63,552 bases of DNA from Lytechinus pictus (Eukaryota), in assembly GCF_037042905.1 (NCBI RefSeq), contig NC_087247.1, positions 25,234,449-25,298,000 on the forward strand. The letters run 5' to 3'. The notes under the pieces were generated by a model. It was not told the DNA's origin and searched no databases. It was given only the letters and a program-made list of their open reading frames with translations. This document shows, piece by piece, positions 24,900-39,026 of the stretch (its first letter is position 1; each line of letters starts with the position of its first letter). The position numbers were made by a program, and so were the translations under genes.

Positions 24900-27008
24900 A
24901 TTATATATTATTCATTATTTGATAATAAATTAATTATCCTCCCATTAATAATTCTTGCTTTTTTAAAACCTGTGGCTAAACATAGCTGTGGTGGTGGTCA
25001 GACAGGCTATACAGGTAGAAAGGTCAAGGTAACAAGCTTGGCAAAAGAAATGATCAAAGATATATTCTGAACTGTTCTAAGAAACAGGTATTTCAAAGGG
25101 ATATATCAACACATTATGATCAGTAATATGACTACTCATATCTGATGCTCAGTTTATTTACATGCTTTACAATTAGGACCCATAGGGAAGTGGTTTCTCA
25201 TATCATTTGTGAGTAAAGAACAAATATGACACTAATAAATGTCAGATGTTTGTATATTCCACAATAAACATTTCATTGAATTTTGCTGTTTTGACATTGG
25301 AAAAATACAACTAATTCACTTTCATAATTCATAACCCGGAAATAAAGATGATAGAGAAAAATGTGTAATGAAAAATGATGAAATGGGGTAGCAAAATATG
25401 TTAATGACCAAACTAAAACTTAACATTAATTATGTTGTTTATCAGAAAGTTCTGATTTTAGATTACATTGGTGAATACTGGATAGGTTCATGTTTAATAG
25501 AATGGAATAAAACCTCTTCTTTATATAATTATTGAGCATAACTTTATAATTGTTTACTCTTATCTTAATGAATTTAATTTTTTTTTTTTATAAAACATAA
25601 AATTTAAGCAATGATTTTCTATATTCATAATGGCAAATGGTCTCCTTCCTCAATTAAAAAGGCTGAGAAACGGCTCTCTTCTCCTTCATTATTCTTGGCT
25701 TAAGCCGTTTTGGGGTCCTCCCAAATCATTTACCACAAACCATGAATGATAAACACACCTTTATCCAATTCCACCACCAATATAGCTCCAATTCCGACTC
25801 CCGTGCTCTAAATTTGGGGACAAACGAGGAAGAAGTCATTATGAAGGCAAACATATAATACATGTCAATAAGCATTATCAGGCTTATGTATTAATCTTGG
25901 ATTCTAAAATGGGCGAAATTGTTGCTGTGGATGTATGTTTTCTTGAAGGTCTTGGAACCCCGTTGGTGGGCAGAGGTGAGAGGATGATGTTTAGGATTTA
26001 TCAATTTCATCACCTGACGAGCCTGAACTCATCAATGGGATGAATGTCAGAAGGGGCTGAAAGGCAACCAGAGGGGGGCTATTGTCGCTGTAAAGGTATA
26101 TTCATGCATTATGTTTTTTGATATTCAGTACGGATTGACAATGCCTGCTGGGGAGTGGGAAAACGAGATTCAAGTGTTGTTGATTTAAGTATGAGCTTAA
26201 GAGCTTAGTTAAGTATTATTTAGAAATCATTCACATGGTGCACAATAGTATATTAAGGATTGATACTCTCATTATGATGACAAATGATTATCCACTGTCT
26301 GGAAGGATTTCAGAATGACAGTGGTTGGTTTTCAAAATTTGAAATGCACCCTGCTAGCATTTTCAGATTCAAATATTGTCCTTTATTGCTCCATGTTTTC
26401 ATGGAAGGGGATTGTTCAACTTAAAAGTACATGTGGGCATAATGCAGTGTTTCCCAATAATTCCAAACAATAAGTTTAGTTTTAACTTTTCATGTTTTGA
26501 ATGAGTAAATAAAGTGGCAAAAGACTGCAAAATAGAAAATTGGATCCTTTCATGTCATATCATCAAAAAGAGTTTGCGATTAACATCTTCTACTTCAAGA
26601 CAAATAAGTGAGACTACATCTTGCAACTCTGAAAAGTTTGTTCAACTTCATTGCTCAGACCTCGGCCATTCTGCACCACAGTCAATCTCTATGTACAGAG
26701 TTGAAATGTGTACTACAATACATGATTGATTTAATTTTACATGAAATTTAGAGTAAATGAAGTTATTCTCCACCTTGAAATGCAGGTAATTTGTAAGATT
26801 TTTATCAATATATTAGAATTACAGATTTTCAATGGTCAATTTTTGCTTTATGGTCTTTCTTGAAATAGAAAGAGCGCTTTACAAGGTAAAAAAGAACTGT
26901 CCCGTATGATAAAAAAAAATGGACCAATGACTAAGAATGGCAAAGGCAAAGGTACATCACCAACAAATCAATAACTTGTCACTGCAATACAGCAACTTAA
27001 CCTATACA

Positions 27009-27609
27009 TTAAAGGACAAGTCCACCCCAATCCAAAGTTGATTTTAATAAAAAGAGAAAAATCCAACAAGCATAACACTGAAAATTTCATCAAAATCAAA
27101 TTTAAAATAAGAAAATTATGACATTTTAAAATTTCGCTATTTCACAAAACAGTTATATGCACATCCTGGCCGGTATGCAAATGAGGAGACTGATGACATC
27201 ATCCACTCACTATTTCTTTTGTATTTTATTAAATGAAATATGAAATATTCTAATTTTCTCCTCATTGTCAAGTGAAACAAATATTAATTTCTCCCTGAAC
27301 ATGTTGAATCAGCATTGTTTAATTCTATATGGCTCAGTCAAGTTGGTCCTTATTGTCAAATCTGTAAAAAATGAAATATTGTATAATTCAAAAAATAAAA
27401 AACAAAAGAAATAGTGAGGCTCATCATCATCTGTCTCATTTGCATGTCACTGAATTGTGCATATCACCTTTTTGTGAAAAATAAGCGAAACTTTAAAATG
27501 TCGTTACTTTCTTACTTTACATCTGATTTTAATGAAATTTTCAGCGTTATGCTTGATTTTTCTCTTTTTATTGAAATCAGCATTTTTCTGGGGTGGACTT
27601 GACCTTTAA
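27009..27609 (+). mobile_element. TTAA-AGG (Kolobok/T2-type) MITE, full length
   Basis: TTAA|AGGACAAGTCCACCCC ... GGGGTGGACTTGACCT|TTAA. About 600 bp, same family as 3405 and 19044. Confidence 0.92.
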
Positions 27610-30010
27610 TATATCTGCTTGATGTATCATCAATTATTGTTAAATCAGCCTAATGTTGAATTCTCTCTGAAGCTCACAACAAAATTATATCTGCATTTGT
27701 GATTGGTCACAAGAGTATAAAGAGAAGTCACAAACGTTACTCTTACCTCAGACAAGGATGTGGGAGGATGATATGAGAAGACGTAAATGAGTAAAGGGAA
27801 ACTCATGAATGGCTATCAATGGCTGTGACGCAGTTCAAGTTCTTCTTACTCATTGTGGCTTTTCAGAGGAACAGAACAGAAGGTGTCTTTATTCAGTAGT
27901 CAGCTGAAGTCTATAATTCTGTAAAGACATTAGCCCCCTAAATACCCCCAAACATTTCTGTACAAGAAAAGTGAGTCAAGAAAATTCTGAAACATATGAC
28001 AAAAAAAGTAAAACATGAACAATTTTTTATTCTATCAAATACAAGTGGGAATTCCTGAGAACGCTTTCCATTATGTGTTCCAATTCAAACATTACAGCAT
28101 GCTTTAAAGAAAAGTACTTTTTTCACTTCATATTCACACCTGTGTCAGTAACAAAGATGCACATTATTTGCAAATACTTCACCACTATTGATGTATGTGC
28201 TCCCATGTCATTTTGTTGTAACAGTTTTGAATAAACATAAAACACCCTGAAAGATATACTAGACCACAAATGGGATGTCCTGTAGGGGTCATGTAAATTC
28301 AAGAAAAATGCAGAATACATAACATCTGAACTACACCATCTAATGATATTATAGAGAGGCCTAATTGTTTGCTGAAATTTTGTATGCCTTTCAATGTTCT
28401 GAGAATACCGAAGAATTGCCTTTGGATATCAAGTCTTGATATTGGTTACTATATCATGTTTATTTTAAGGCATTTATATTACATTGAAAAGTGACATTTT
28501 TATTGTATATTACAAACGAGTTGACATCCTTAATTATTACTTATTGACTCATTCATTTATTCATTTCTCATTTGTTGATTGATTTGATCTTTATTAGTGC
28601 ATCATTCTTTTTTAATTCATACATTCACTCATTTTTTCTACCTTTCATTCATTCATTCATTTACCTTCATTCAACAATTTTTTATAAAGAACTAAACATC
28701 GCTTGTGTGAAACATTTTGTGTTCCCTACAAACCTAAAAATATTAAACATGAAAACTTCATACTGTAATTGATATTCAAATATCTTTTTCTGACCAATCT
28801 CTCTCTTAGCAGATATATCTTTAAACTCACCTTAAAGTTACGGTCCATCTGAAATCCTATTCACATCCTCTATTTGGACTCAGTAAGGATGTGAAAGGGA
28901 GGGGCAAAGACCGCGAGGGAATTACCCTGTAGCAACAGAGGGAAGCTTTAACTATTATACCATCTTTTAACTCTCTCTCTTTCTGCAGTTTTCACAAGTC
29001 CAAGGACAGTTATTTTGTGATCCCCATTAATACGATACTACCTGTTCACTCACCTCATTTCCTAGGGTTTAAAAATGAATCACCGAGAAAAGAATTTGAT
29101 GGGGTCATCGAAATCTTGTTGTTACTGATATCTCACACCTGCCAAGTATAAATGTAAATATATATATATACATCATATACAAGGGGATTTTTACTTTGTT
29201 CGTATTTCTATTAAATTGTTTGCAAAATGCCAATTCTGATGTTTAAAACATGACTTGGATATATATGAAAAAAAAATTGATTCAGGTTATAAAAATATTA
29301 GAAATGCAGTAATATACTATTATGAACTGAAATAGTTGAATCATTACCAAATGCATAAGATAGCATGAAGATCAATACAGTATATCAAATAGGAAAACAA
29401 AAATTGGTCCATGTCTTTTAAAATAGATGTAAACTTAAAAAAATGATAAAAGTGATCCAGATTCATGGAAAGATTCTGTTACGTAATAATAAATGGATTA
29501 TAATACTTTAAATCCAATCTGCATATACTTGTTGCTATGCAGGGCATGTTTCTAACAAATTATTAAGCTTTCATAAATATCATTAATATGTTGGTAAATT
29601 AGTACAGTGGGTCCACTCTCAAGCACTGAACGATAACAAGAGTCTAGAAGAAGCCAACTTTCATCCACATCAAACTTCAGATGGAATTTCAAATAGGTAT
29701 CAGTTTACTCAATTAATCTATTCCATCTATACCATGAAAGAAAAATAATATCCAATGACGTAATATTCTTGTCTTCAAATGCTTGGATATCGACTTTCGC
29801 AAAGTTCTATCGAGCTGTCGCCACTTTCATCCCTCTTCTGGTCAAGCATTTCCTGCAGGTTTAGTTGATGTTTGTGATGCCTTTTTCAAGCAAATTACTC
29901 ACCATAGGAGGAAGGGTAAGATTTCCCTTCTCCAAAGCCAGTGTTAAACTGCCATAACCTAGCTATGTCAAGAACCTCAAACAGATGATGTGGTCAATAT
30001 TGTGGGCCAT

Positions 30011-30090
30011 TTAACCTGTTGACTTTTGAATTATGTAAATCCAATAGGCTTTGTACAGGGACTGTCTAATTCCAGAAATCGATGGGTTAA
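30011..30090. mobile_element. Possible miniature piggyBac-like relic
   Basis: TTAA|CCTGTTGACTTTTGAATT ... AATTCCAGAAATCGATGGG|TTAA, degenerate inverted ends. Confidence 0.25.
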
Positions 30091-33000
30091 CGTGAGACCC
30101 TCAATATATGTGGGTGTGGGTGTGTGTGTGTGTGTTATTATGTAAGTTATGAAGGTTTCCATGACAAAGAAAGATTGTAGTGGTTTCATTATGAGTAATT
30201 ATTATTCCTTTTTTTTTAAACAGACATTCATCAATATCATTTACATCTGGAACCAACTTTCATCATAATCTGACAGAAGTACCTCCATCTTGAATCTGAG
30301 TCTACAACAAAACCATTTTACTATAGCCACTGTTAACTGGATACACATATACTTACTTTGGGGGTATCTTATTTTCTGATGGCTTTATAAACCAGTCAAT
30401 CACTAACAAATTATATTTCCTAACATAATTTGATTGTGATAAACACTTTCAAAAATCGTTTTTGATGAACTGAAATTTGACAGGTTTGCTGGAGGTATAT
30501 AACAATATACAGACTGTATTCTTGATTATTATAAATAATTAAATAATTACATGTGGTATTACTGGTTAATAAGCTACATATCTGCAAGAATGTTCTTATC
30601 ATTAAAAAAACATGCTTGTCAGTAAAGGGTTTTTAAAAGCAGGAAAAAAATAAGTAGAAGTAGAAAAGTTATCCTGGACGAAACATATATATTCGAAAAG
30701 CAGGATATGGATTATAAGAGACATGTTGGATAAGAAAATGTTAAAAGGTATTTCAAGCAAGCTGATGGTGACACATATCTGCACAAATCAATATCTAAGA
30801 TTCAATTTGGTACTAGTAGTCAATAATGTTGTGGTCCTTTGAAAAGTTGTCGGTTTTATAAACCTTACTGACAGCTCTTACAACCTAATTTAATATCTTT
30901 TCATCAAAGATTGTTTACGAGAAAATAGCCAAAAGCGTTCCATTAAATGTTAAAATTGTCCCAAGTAATTGATAATTATGAACATGCATCGCCAAAGGGT
31001 AGACATCAATTGCAGCCTTGCTTGGAGCCTGGCGGTCATTCCTTTTAGAAACAAGAGAATAAATGGGATGTAGAAGAGATTGGGACGAGATAAATGAGTG
31101 ACCATCTTCAATAAGAAATGAAGTAAATGAGCCTAGAAGAAAAGGGTTTGACTGCAGGAAATTTATCTTTAAATTGGAAAATTGGGATATTGAGTAGGTT
31201 GCATGTTTCTGGTCAGGAGAATTGTTTTTATTGTAAGATGTTTATGTTCTCAGAGTTTGAATAGATCTTGGATGTGTTTGTTAAAACAAACATTTAAAGA
31301 AGAGAGGATATTTAGATCTGCTTGGGGGATTGCAAATCAATGAACAAAAAAGCAATAACACCTAGCTTGATTAAAGTAAATAGCATCAAGTGCTTCCCAT
31401 TTCTCATCAAATCCCCCCCCCACCATCACAGCATAAACTTTCTCACTTTCAAATCAATCGATGTCATCTCGAGATCAAAATCTAAAATATACTTGTTCAT
31501 TTATTGCTGAAGGACGTCAAACATTCTTTTAAAATATATTACTGTGAAGAAGAGTTGTTTTCAATTGCCTTTTTTTTTTCTTTTGTTTCCTTCATTCCAA
31601 AAGAATATTTTTTATTGGTTTGGTTTATATTACCCTCTATGAATGAGCTAAACATTTTAAACACTTATACCTCTTTTTATCAAACAAATGCCTGGTTTTA
31701 TCGACTTGCCTCGTAATGTATCCTCAAAAAGACGTCTCATTACACTGCATTTTCAAAATGATGTATGAAAACAACACAATTTATACCAATATCTATAAAA
31801 TATGCCCACATGACAATTTTGAATGCTGATTGATGCGCAATCATGTTATACTGAGTATTATTCTTTTCTTCAAAATGATATTATGAAACTTAATGATACA
31901 TGAAATAAATTGCAATTTTCATTCAGTGCTGATCTTTTATGGTACATGACTATCTAAAATATCACAGAAAATTATTATTAGTTGTAATAAAAATGCAAAG
32001 AATTGTGGTGCAGAAATCATCATAAAAGGGGTATATTTTATCATCAAAAAATCAAATAACATAATTTTGCAATCTTTTTTAGCAACATCAATTTAGTATA
32101 CACTCTTTGTAACTGTGATGTTAAAAAATGAATAGATTGTTATGCTTCTCCCTTTTTCAAACTGATAAACTTTGACAATGAGGCTGTAATCAATAATACA
32201 TATGATCAAATTTATTAACATTTTTATAATATTGGAACAATTTGATTTCTAACATTTTATGTTGCCACAATTATTTTTGAAAATATATCATAAATTCTGA
32301 AAATGAATCGAGTATAATGAAATAAAAGTGGTATTTCTTTTAACAATGGTGCTATTGTTTTTTTTTTCATTCTTAAATTCTAACTTATCTTGCCTTTCTG
32401 GAAATTGAGCAAATGCAAAAATGAATACATCTTCAAAAAATATATATAAGAGTCATGCTGACATAATTTGTATTCAAAATTCAACAATTTTCACCCCCTC
32501 AAGTTCAATAAAAACATATCTGCAACATCAATGTTCTTGGAAGAAAAGTGCACATTTTGCCTCACCCTTTAGTGGTAATTGTTATAAGTGTTCCATGGGC
32601 AGTTGTAAAGTGCCCGCTTGAAAGCAATACCTATATTCTTTAGCAGCTAAATAGGTAATTTACAAAACCACCCATCATGTAAATGGAAAAAGTGGGTTGA
32701 ACTTTATCAAAAGAAATCATACTTGTTATCTAAAGGGGAGTTCATAAGCATCCTGGGGGCACAGATTTTCGGGTTTAGAATTCTATCCGGAGGGAAAAAA
32801 AATTATTTCATAACCCTTTTTCTGTCAAATAAAGAATATATGCTTTTCAAGGTCTCCGCAAATATTAAGTAGTGCAAATTTATTCTCCCTTGAAATTGCA
32901 CGATATTTATTGACATGTCCACAAAGGATATGGTTAACCATTTTTTTTTCACTGACAGACTGTCCACAACGGGTGAAGTTCAACAAGGAGGGGGCTATTT

Positions 33001-35069
33001 CTTATTGCCTTTCACAATTCTATCACCACATTCGCATTTCAAGATGCTGTACTTCCATCAATCCACAAAAGCTGTGGTTGAATTTGGTCTCTGCTATGCA
33101 AGTTTGATTTATGTCAGAACACCATGATTTATTTAAAAAAAAATTGATAAAAAATTAAAAAATCTTGTATATATTTTACATTTTATACCTTATTTACAAT
33201 ATATACAGCTTAATATTTCAGATAAAATAATCAAATGAACTTTAGAAATATGTCATGTAATTGCAGATATAAGGTTAATTACTTATCTATTTTCAAAACT
33301 AGGTAAAGAGTTCCAAATTCATGATAAAAAGAATTAGAATTTATTGAAAATTTGATTGCAACCTCACTACTCTTTTTTAGACTTTTCTCCAGACTGGGGA
33401 TCCATTGACAGACTTCCCTTAAATTTCAATTTATACACCATAATGAAATTATGGATTAAATAGATAGCTTTTTTTCCCTTAAAAAATGATAGCAAATGGT
33501 TTACTCCAGATTGAAATTCATTAAATTGACAGTATTATCATGATTATACGCTTCTCCAAGATTGGCATTTATGTAATGAAATGTCTATCACTCTGAATAT
33601 CCTATTGAAGGATTGCTCCATCCTTTTCAAATCTATACTTGTCAATCACTTAAAAAACAACCACTTGTATTTCTGAGCATATTTCTTCCAGTATTTGCAC
33701 CTATTTAGCACTCATTTCTATGAATATCCTGTCTGACAAGTTCTCCACAATAAAGTATTTTGTCAGGTGGCCAAAGAACGGAAGTATGAGAAGAAAGACA
33801 GATCTGCAATGAAAGGGGGATAGGTACTTATTAGTGACAAATGATTCATTGTAGATAAAGTAATTAACCAACAGATATAAAGAGATAATTGTGTAAACCT
33901 CCTTTATGTGCATGCTCTGGTTTTTCTTGCTAAAAAAAACATCAATTTTGACAACACACACTGAAGTACTATCTTTCTTTTTATAGAATTGCCTAGATGA
34001 CAAGGAAAGTACACTTCAGAGAACCAGAAATATTAAATTATCTTTCAACGTGTTGTACAAGTCATCTCATAAAAACAAATAAGACTATTTTTCCAAATGT
34101 ACATGTATGATATATGCAGTACATTGCTATCATAACAAATAAATTTAATAAAATACTAGAAACACAGGATTATCCACAACCTCAGAAATGTCCTCATACT
34201 TTCACCATATTCCTGTTATTTTTCTGAATTTTTTCATGCTAAAAGGTACATTTAAAAAATAAAAGAGATCTCTTGCAAACTTTACTTTAATGAAAGAAAA
34301 TCTTTCCTTTTTTAAAACTAAATTTTATATTGTCTACTCACTTTAATCATGTCAATCTATAGATTGTTTTGTGTTTGGTTGCTATGTCATTCTTGTCAAT
34401 TGTATGCCAAATTCTATTTCAATTATGGTCTTCAAATTATCAATGCCTATGATGCCAGTAAAAATGCATGCAATACCACAATCCATCTTAATGATTGTCT
34501 TTTTGCTATAGTAAATAATAATATTCAAGAATATATTTATACTACCTGTATCATAAAAACAAATATAAGAAAGTGAAACTGCAATTGTGATACCTGTATG
34601 CTCAAATTATTACCCTGAGAAACCATACATACTCCCACCCTCCCCCTGGTGAATACACATATCTTTCTAGGAATAACTAGATAACCTCCTAAGTAATAAT
34701 TCCAAAATTAACTTTTACTCACTAAAAGTGACCCGTTGTAAACAGGAAATATCATGATGCTAGCTTAATTTCAGTGCTAATTCATGTTCCATTCTGATTT
34801 CCCACACTTTGAGACCTAGTTGTGCAAGCTACATCAACTTTCATATGAATAGGAAATGGATATTCCTGCTTTAATTGAAAAATTACACCCATCCCCCTCT
34901 TTTCACATCATCCAATCTCTCTGCTAGTGCTACACTCTTTTCATTCGCGAGCCATGTAAACACAATATTTTTTATCTTCCTATCATAGTGATCTTTTAAT
35001 CATATTCAAATGATATCACCCTCTTGCTCTATTTCCGATTTAAAATATTTTCCTGATTCTTACCTTTTC

Positions 35070-35295
35070 CTAGATCCACACACTCCCACCACACCCCACC
35101 TCTCATGCTCTCCCTCTCCTCCCCACCCCCTCTCCTACACCACCTCTCTCCATTTCTGTCTCTCTTTCTCTCTCTCACTCCCTCTCTCATTCTCTCTCAT
35201 ACACAAATACACACACACATGAACACACTAACTCACTCCATTCTTCCCTTTCATTTCTCTCTTTCTCCCTCCCCTCTCTCACTCTCCCCTCATTA
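35070..35295. repeat. CT/CA-rich low-complexity tract
   Basis: Polypyrimidine (CT)n and (CA)n runs. Confidence 0.8.
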
Positions 35296-35316
35296 AAAGA
35301 ACCTTAACCATGCATA

Positions 35317-36343
35317 CAGTCAGACCGCAGGTCCCTATGCTAATGAGCAAAAAGGCCAGATTCATCCAAATCATCTCGTGGCTGAATCCTCCTCCTTGCA
35401 AAATCTCGTGATTCGTGAGATTGTCTTTCTCTAAGAATTTACCTGTTTTAATCTCAAGTTAAATGAAATATTATTGCACTATCAGATAGAGTAAAAGTTA
35501 CTCTTTCATATTGGTCATTTATTTTGTATACAATATTTTGTTAAATAAGTAAATTTCTGGCCCGAAAATGTGCCTCAAAACTGAATTTTCTTCCCCTGTT
35601 TTCTTTTGCAAATTGTGCAAAACTTTTTACTTTGAGCCTCAATAATATCTCTATCACCATAAAGCTGAATTTCTGTACTTTCTCACAATGCCACTCTTGA
35701 TATGCGGCACCTTTTAATCGGGTCAAGATCACACTTTTCCCACCAAGGTACAAGACGAGATTTCTGAAATTTTGTACTTGCATGAAATCCAAAGTTCTGA
35801 TTGGCTGGATAAGGATCACAGAACTGCAGGCGCGGGGACCGTTGGAATTTGCTATTGTGTGGTCTCTTTGACCAATCAGAGTGCAGTATTCTTGTTTTCA
35901 AACTGCTTTATGTACTTGGCAAATGAAAAGTGTGATCTTGACCCGATTAAACCAATTCTTATTTTAAAACCTATATCATTTCAAAGCATATATATTCAGC
36001 TTTATCATGATATAAAAATCATTTGGGCTCAAACAAAAATAAAGTGTTAAAATAGCAGCTTTTGTCAGGTGAAAATATTTATTTTGTAGCATATTTTAGA
36101 TCAAAATTTTAACCTATATTACAAAATCTTTGAATAAATCAAAACACATGACCTGAAAGAATGATTCTTCCTCTTTACAATGGTACCAAATTCATGAAAT
36201 TCGATGCACAGTTAGAGCAGCAATGACCGAATGAAAAGAGGTGTTTTGGTCCGCATCAAGCTCATTAAATATGCAAAACATCTCAAGTCATGAATATCAC
36301 TTGGATGAAAGAAGCCACTTTCTTCGGACCTGCAGTCTGACTG
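35317..36343. mobile_element. ~1-kb non-autonomous DNA transposon with 18-bp TIR and 4-bp TSD
   Basis: CAGTCAGACCGCAGGTCC / GGACCTGCAGTCTGACTG (17 of 18). CATA on both flanks (35313-35316, 36344-36347). Internal 27-bp perfect inverted repeat. Confidence 0.8.
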
Positions 36344-36710
36344 CATAAGTGGTAATTGAATTGACTTGCCTTAATGTCTTAAACATGATTACTGGTCTTG
36401 GTCTTGTCAAAGCAATTAACACTTATAAAAAGATAATGAATAACCATAAGAGCAATGATTGATTCAATAAGCAATGCTTACTGAAAGGTGCATCATCCAT
36501 GATATATAGAAACAAATTTAATAACGATAGTTACATCATCACCCCCATAGCTGTTTGACTCTTCAACTTAGCTTGTTATTTCAGCATTCTGTTGTCATAC
36601 AAGTATAACGCAACAAGAATTTTACTAAGTGAAATGTTACTTCATCATTATTTGAAAAAAAGGGGTCCAGCAGTTTTTCTTAATCAATTACTGTAATATT
36701 TAAAAAAATG

Positions 36711-37279
36711 CCCGGGGGGGCCACTTACATTGACGAGTGGATACCATGCGCGACCAAAAAAACACGTAAAAAGGATGTCTTTTTCAAGATAGGGCACGTT
36801 ACGTACGTAACGTGATAAGGGTGTCAAAAACACTAAAATAATGAAAAAAGGGTATCTATTTTCGCGAGGAAAGCTACGTGTTTAGGGTCAAATTTGCGAG
36901 GGTGTAAAAAATTATTTTTTACAAAGGATGTACTTTTGCCCCAAGAGTCAACACTACGTGTTTAGAGTTCGATTTGGGCGAGATGTGGGAGGTGGGGCTG
37001 TACTAAACCCAATGATGTGGGTGAAGGTAGGCCGAAGAGTGACGTCCGTGACAACAATAAAAATATCGCTGTACTTGTTTAGGGGGTCAATTCAGGGAAC
37101 TTGCCAAGAGTATCGTTTTGTTTCCAATACTTGTTAAGGGTATGGTTTCACACACCAATACTTGTTAAGGGGTGCATTTTCAGAAAATGGAAAATACGTG
37201 TTTAGGATGCTTTTCAAGACCCCATGGTCGTGCATGGTATCCACTCGTCAATGGAAGTGGCCCCCCCCCCCCCCCCGGG
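36711..37279. mobile_element. CCCGGG(G)n-ended MITE with 8-bp TSD
   Basis: ~45-bp TIR CCCG(n)CCACTTACATTGACGAGTGGATACCATGC / GCATGGTATCCACTCGTCAATGGAAGTGGC(n)GGG. TSD AAAAAATG at 36703-36710 and 37280-37287. Confidence 0.93.
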
Positions 37280-38754
37280 AAAAAATGCTCATTAAATAAA
37301 AATGAGAAAATTATATTCATGTAAGACCACAGGTAGATCTAGTTAAGGGTCTGAATGTGCAGCCTTCTCATGCCTTGTATACTGAATGCCGAAACAGCAA
37401 GTTTTGTATGTGCTAGTCTTTGCGTGGAGACACACTTGTTGATCAAAGTTTCAATCAGAGTCTGTGCCTGCAGACTAGGTAGATGATTGGATCACAAGAC
37501 TTTGTAAAAGGGTGTCGTTATTAAAGATGGCCAAGAACATACCGGTAGACAATCTCAAAATGATGTAGCCTCAAGGAGAAAAATAAGAAAGAAAAGGGAG
37601 TAGTTCACCACCTCACGTATCCAGATTTCCAAAAGTAGATCCATTGGCTGAACATCCTGTCATAGCAACTTACACCTCGGCTGTCTTCCCTATCAATCTT
37701 ATCATTGGAAGCTTGTAACAGGCCCTCAGGCTTTGTGAAAGGTAGAAGAGGAACATTCTAAATTACAAGGAGAGACACATGTGTGATGTGTGTTCAATAA
37801 GAACCCTGTACAATGACACTTTCAGTGTCACGAAATATTGATATTTCAATTTTTCTCTTAGATATAAAGCTTATAGCCAATTTTCTATATTCAATTAAAA
37901 AAGATGTCCTGGTTTTTCATGCACTCAAAATTTAAGATACATTCATTGGAGACCTAATCATCAATATCCAATCACCTCATATCCAACAGCATATAATACC
38001 ACATCATGTTTATTTGAAAGCGGGTATGAATGCGAGGCATGGAAGTTTAGAAAAATAAATTAAAAAAAATTAAACCATGGCATAACTTGGCATATTTAGT
38101 TTTTTTTTAATATTTAGTTTAAAAAAATCATCAGGAATGGTGATTGTCACTATGACAAATGCAATAATTGTAACCGTACTAGATCAATTACAAGGAACAC
38201 AAATCTACTGGTGACAGATTGAAATGAAGTACTATCTTAGTATATTATTCAATCATGATGATATAGATGTCATGAATCCAATATCTTTATTCAAGAGAGA
38301 CCTGTTGATGGGATAAAATGAAAGAAGTTGCCCTGGGTCAAGCAAGAAGAATTTGTGCAAAATCCCAAGCAATACCCATGTTCATAATTCATCTCATTAC
38401 CTTTCTTTCCACCATTCATCAAAAGAGTACAAAGTTCAAGAATGTTACCAACATGAACCTATTTTATATTTAAAACATTTATCAATATACATTGTTTAAA
38501 CCTGCCTATATATCATATTCGAAACATGAGATTGTAGATATTGATCTCCATTTTCTCTCTTTACACATTGACCTAGGAGGTCCACGCTTCAAACTGCACC
38601 AAAGTTTTTACTATTATATGACAGTTTTGGAAATAGTTATCAGACCACTTCCCCACTCCCAGTATACAATAATTATTTAGTATTTGCCAAGCTGTAGGCT
38701 GATATGAGAGGTTGTCTTTTCTTTCAGGAGATATTATTCCAAGGATCAGAATGA

Positions 38755-39026
38755 CGTGTCTAAGCGCTTTACAGATATATTATTACTCCGGTCATCGGAT
38801 TCAATCAGTCATTCCCGCACAGAATGTATGCACATCCTCCACTCCCTGGGGAGTAATCCGGTCAGTTGCCAGTAAAGCGCACACATCCTACCGAGTACCC
38901 ATTTAGCACCTGAGTCGAGAGTGGCGAAGTGTGGATTAACGCCTTGCCATAGGACGCCAGACCGCGGTGGGAATCGAACACAGGACCCTCTGTTTACAAG
39001 GCAGGAGTCAGAACCACTACACCACA
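38755..39026 (-). mobile_element. tRNA-derived SINE with L2-like 3' end
   Basis: Minus strand: A box TGGTGTAGTGG (39024-39014), B box GTTCGATTCCC (38979-38969), central CAGGTGCTAAATGGGTAC, 3' TGTAAAGCGCTTAGA. Confidence 0.82.

Noticed and set aside
26014-26070. Hammerhead-like CTGACGAGCC...GGCTGAAA (also CTGATGAG near 45380 and CTGACGAG at 42674-42724)
   Set aside because: Extra base before GAAA or no stem II, and no stems I/III or cleavage triplet could be built.
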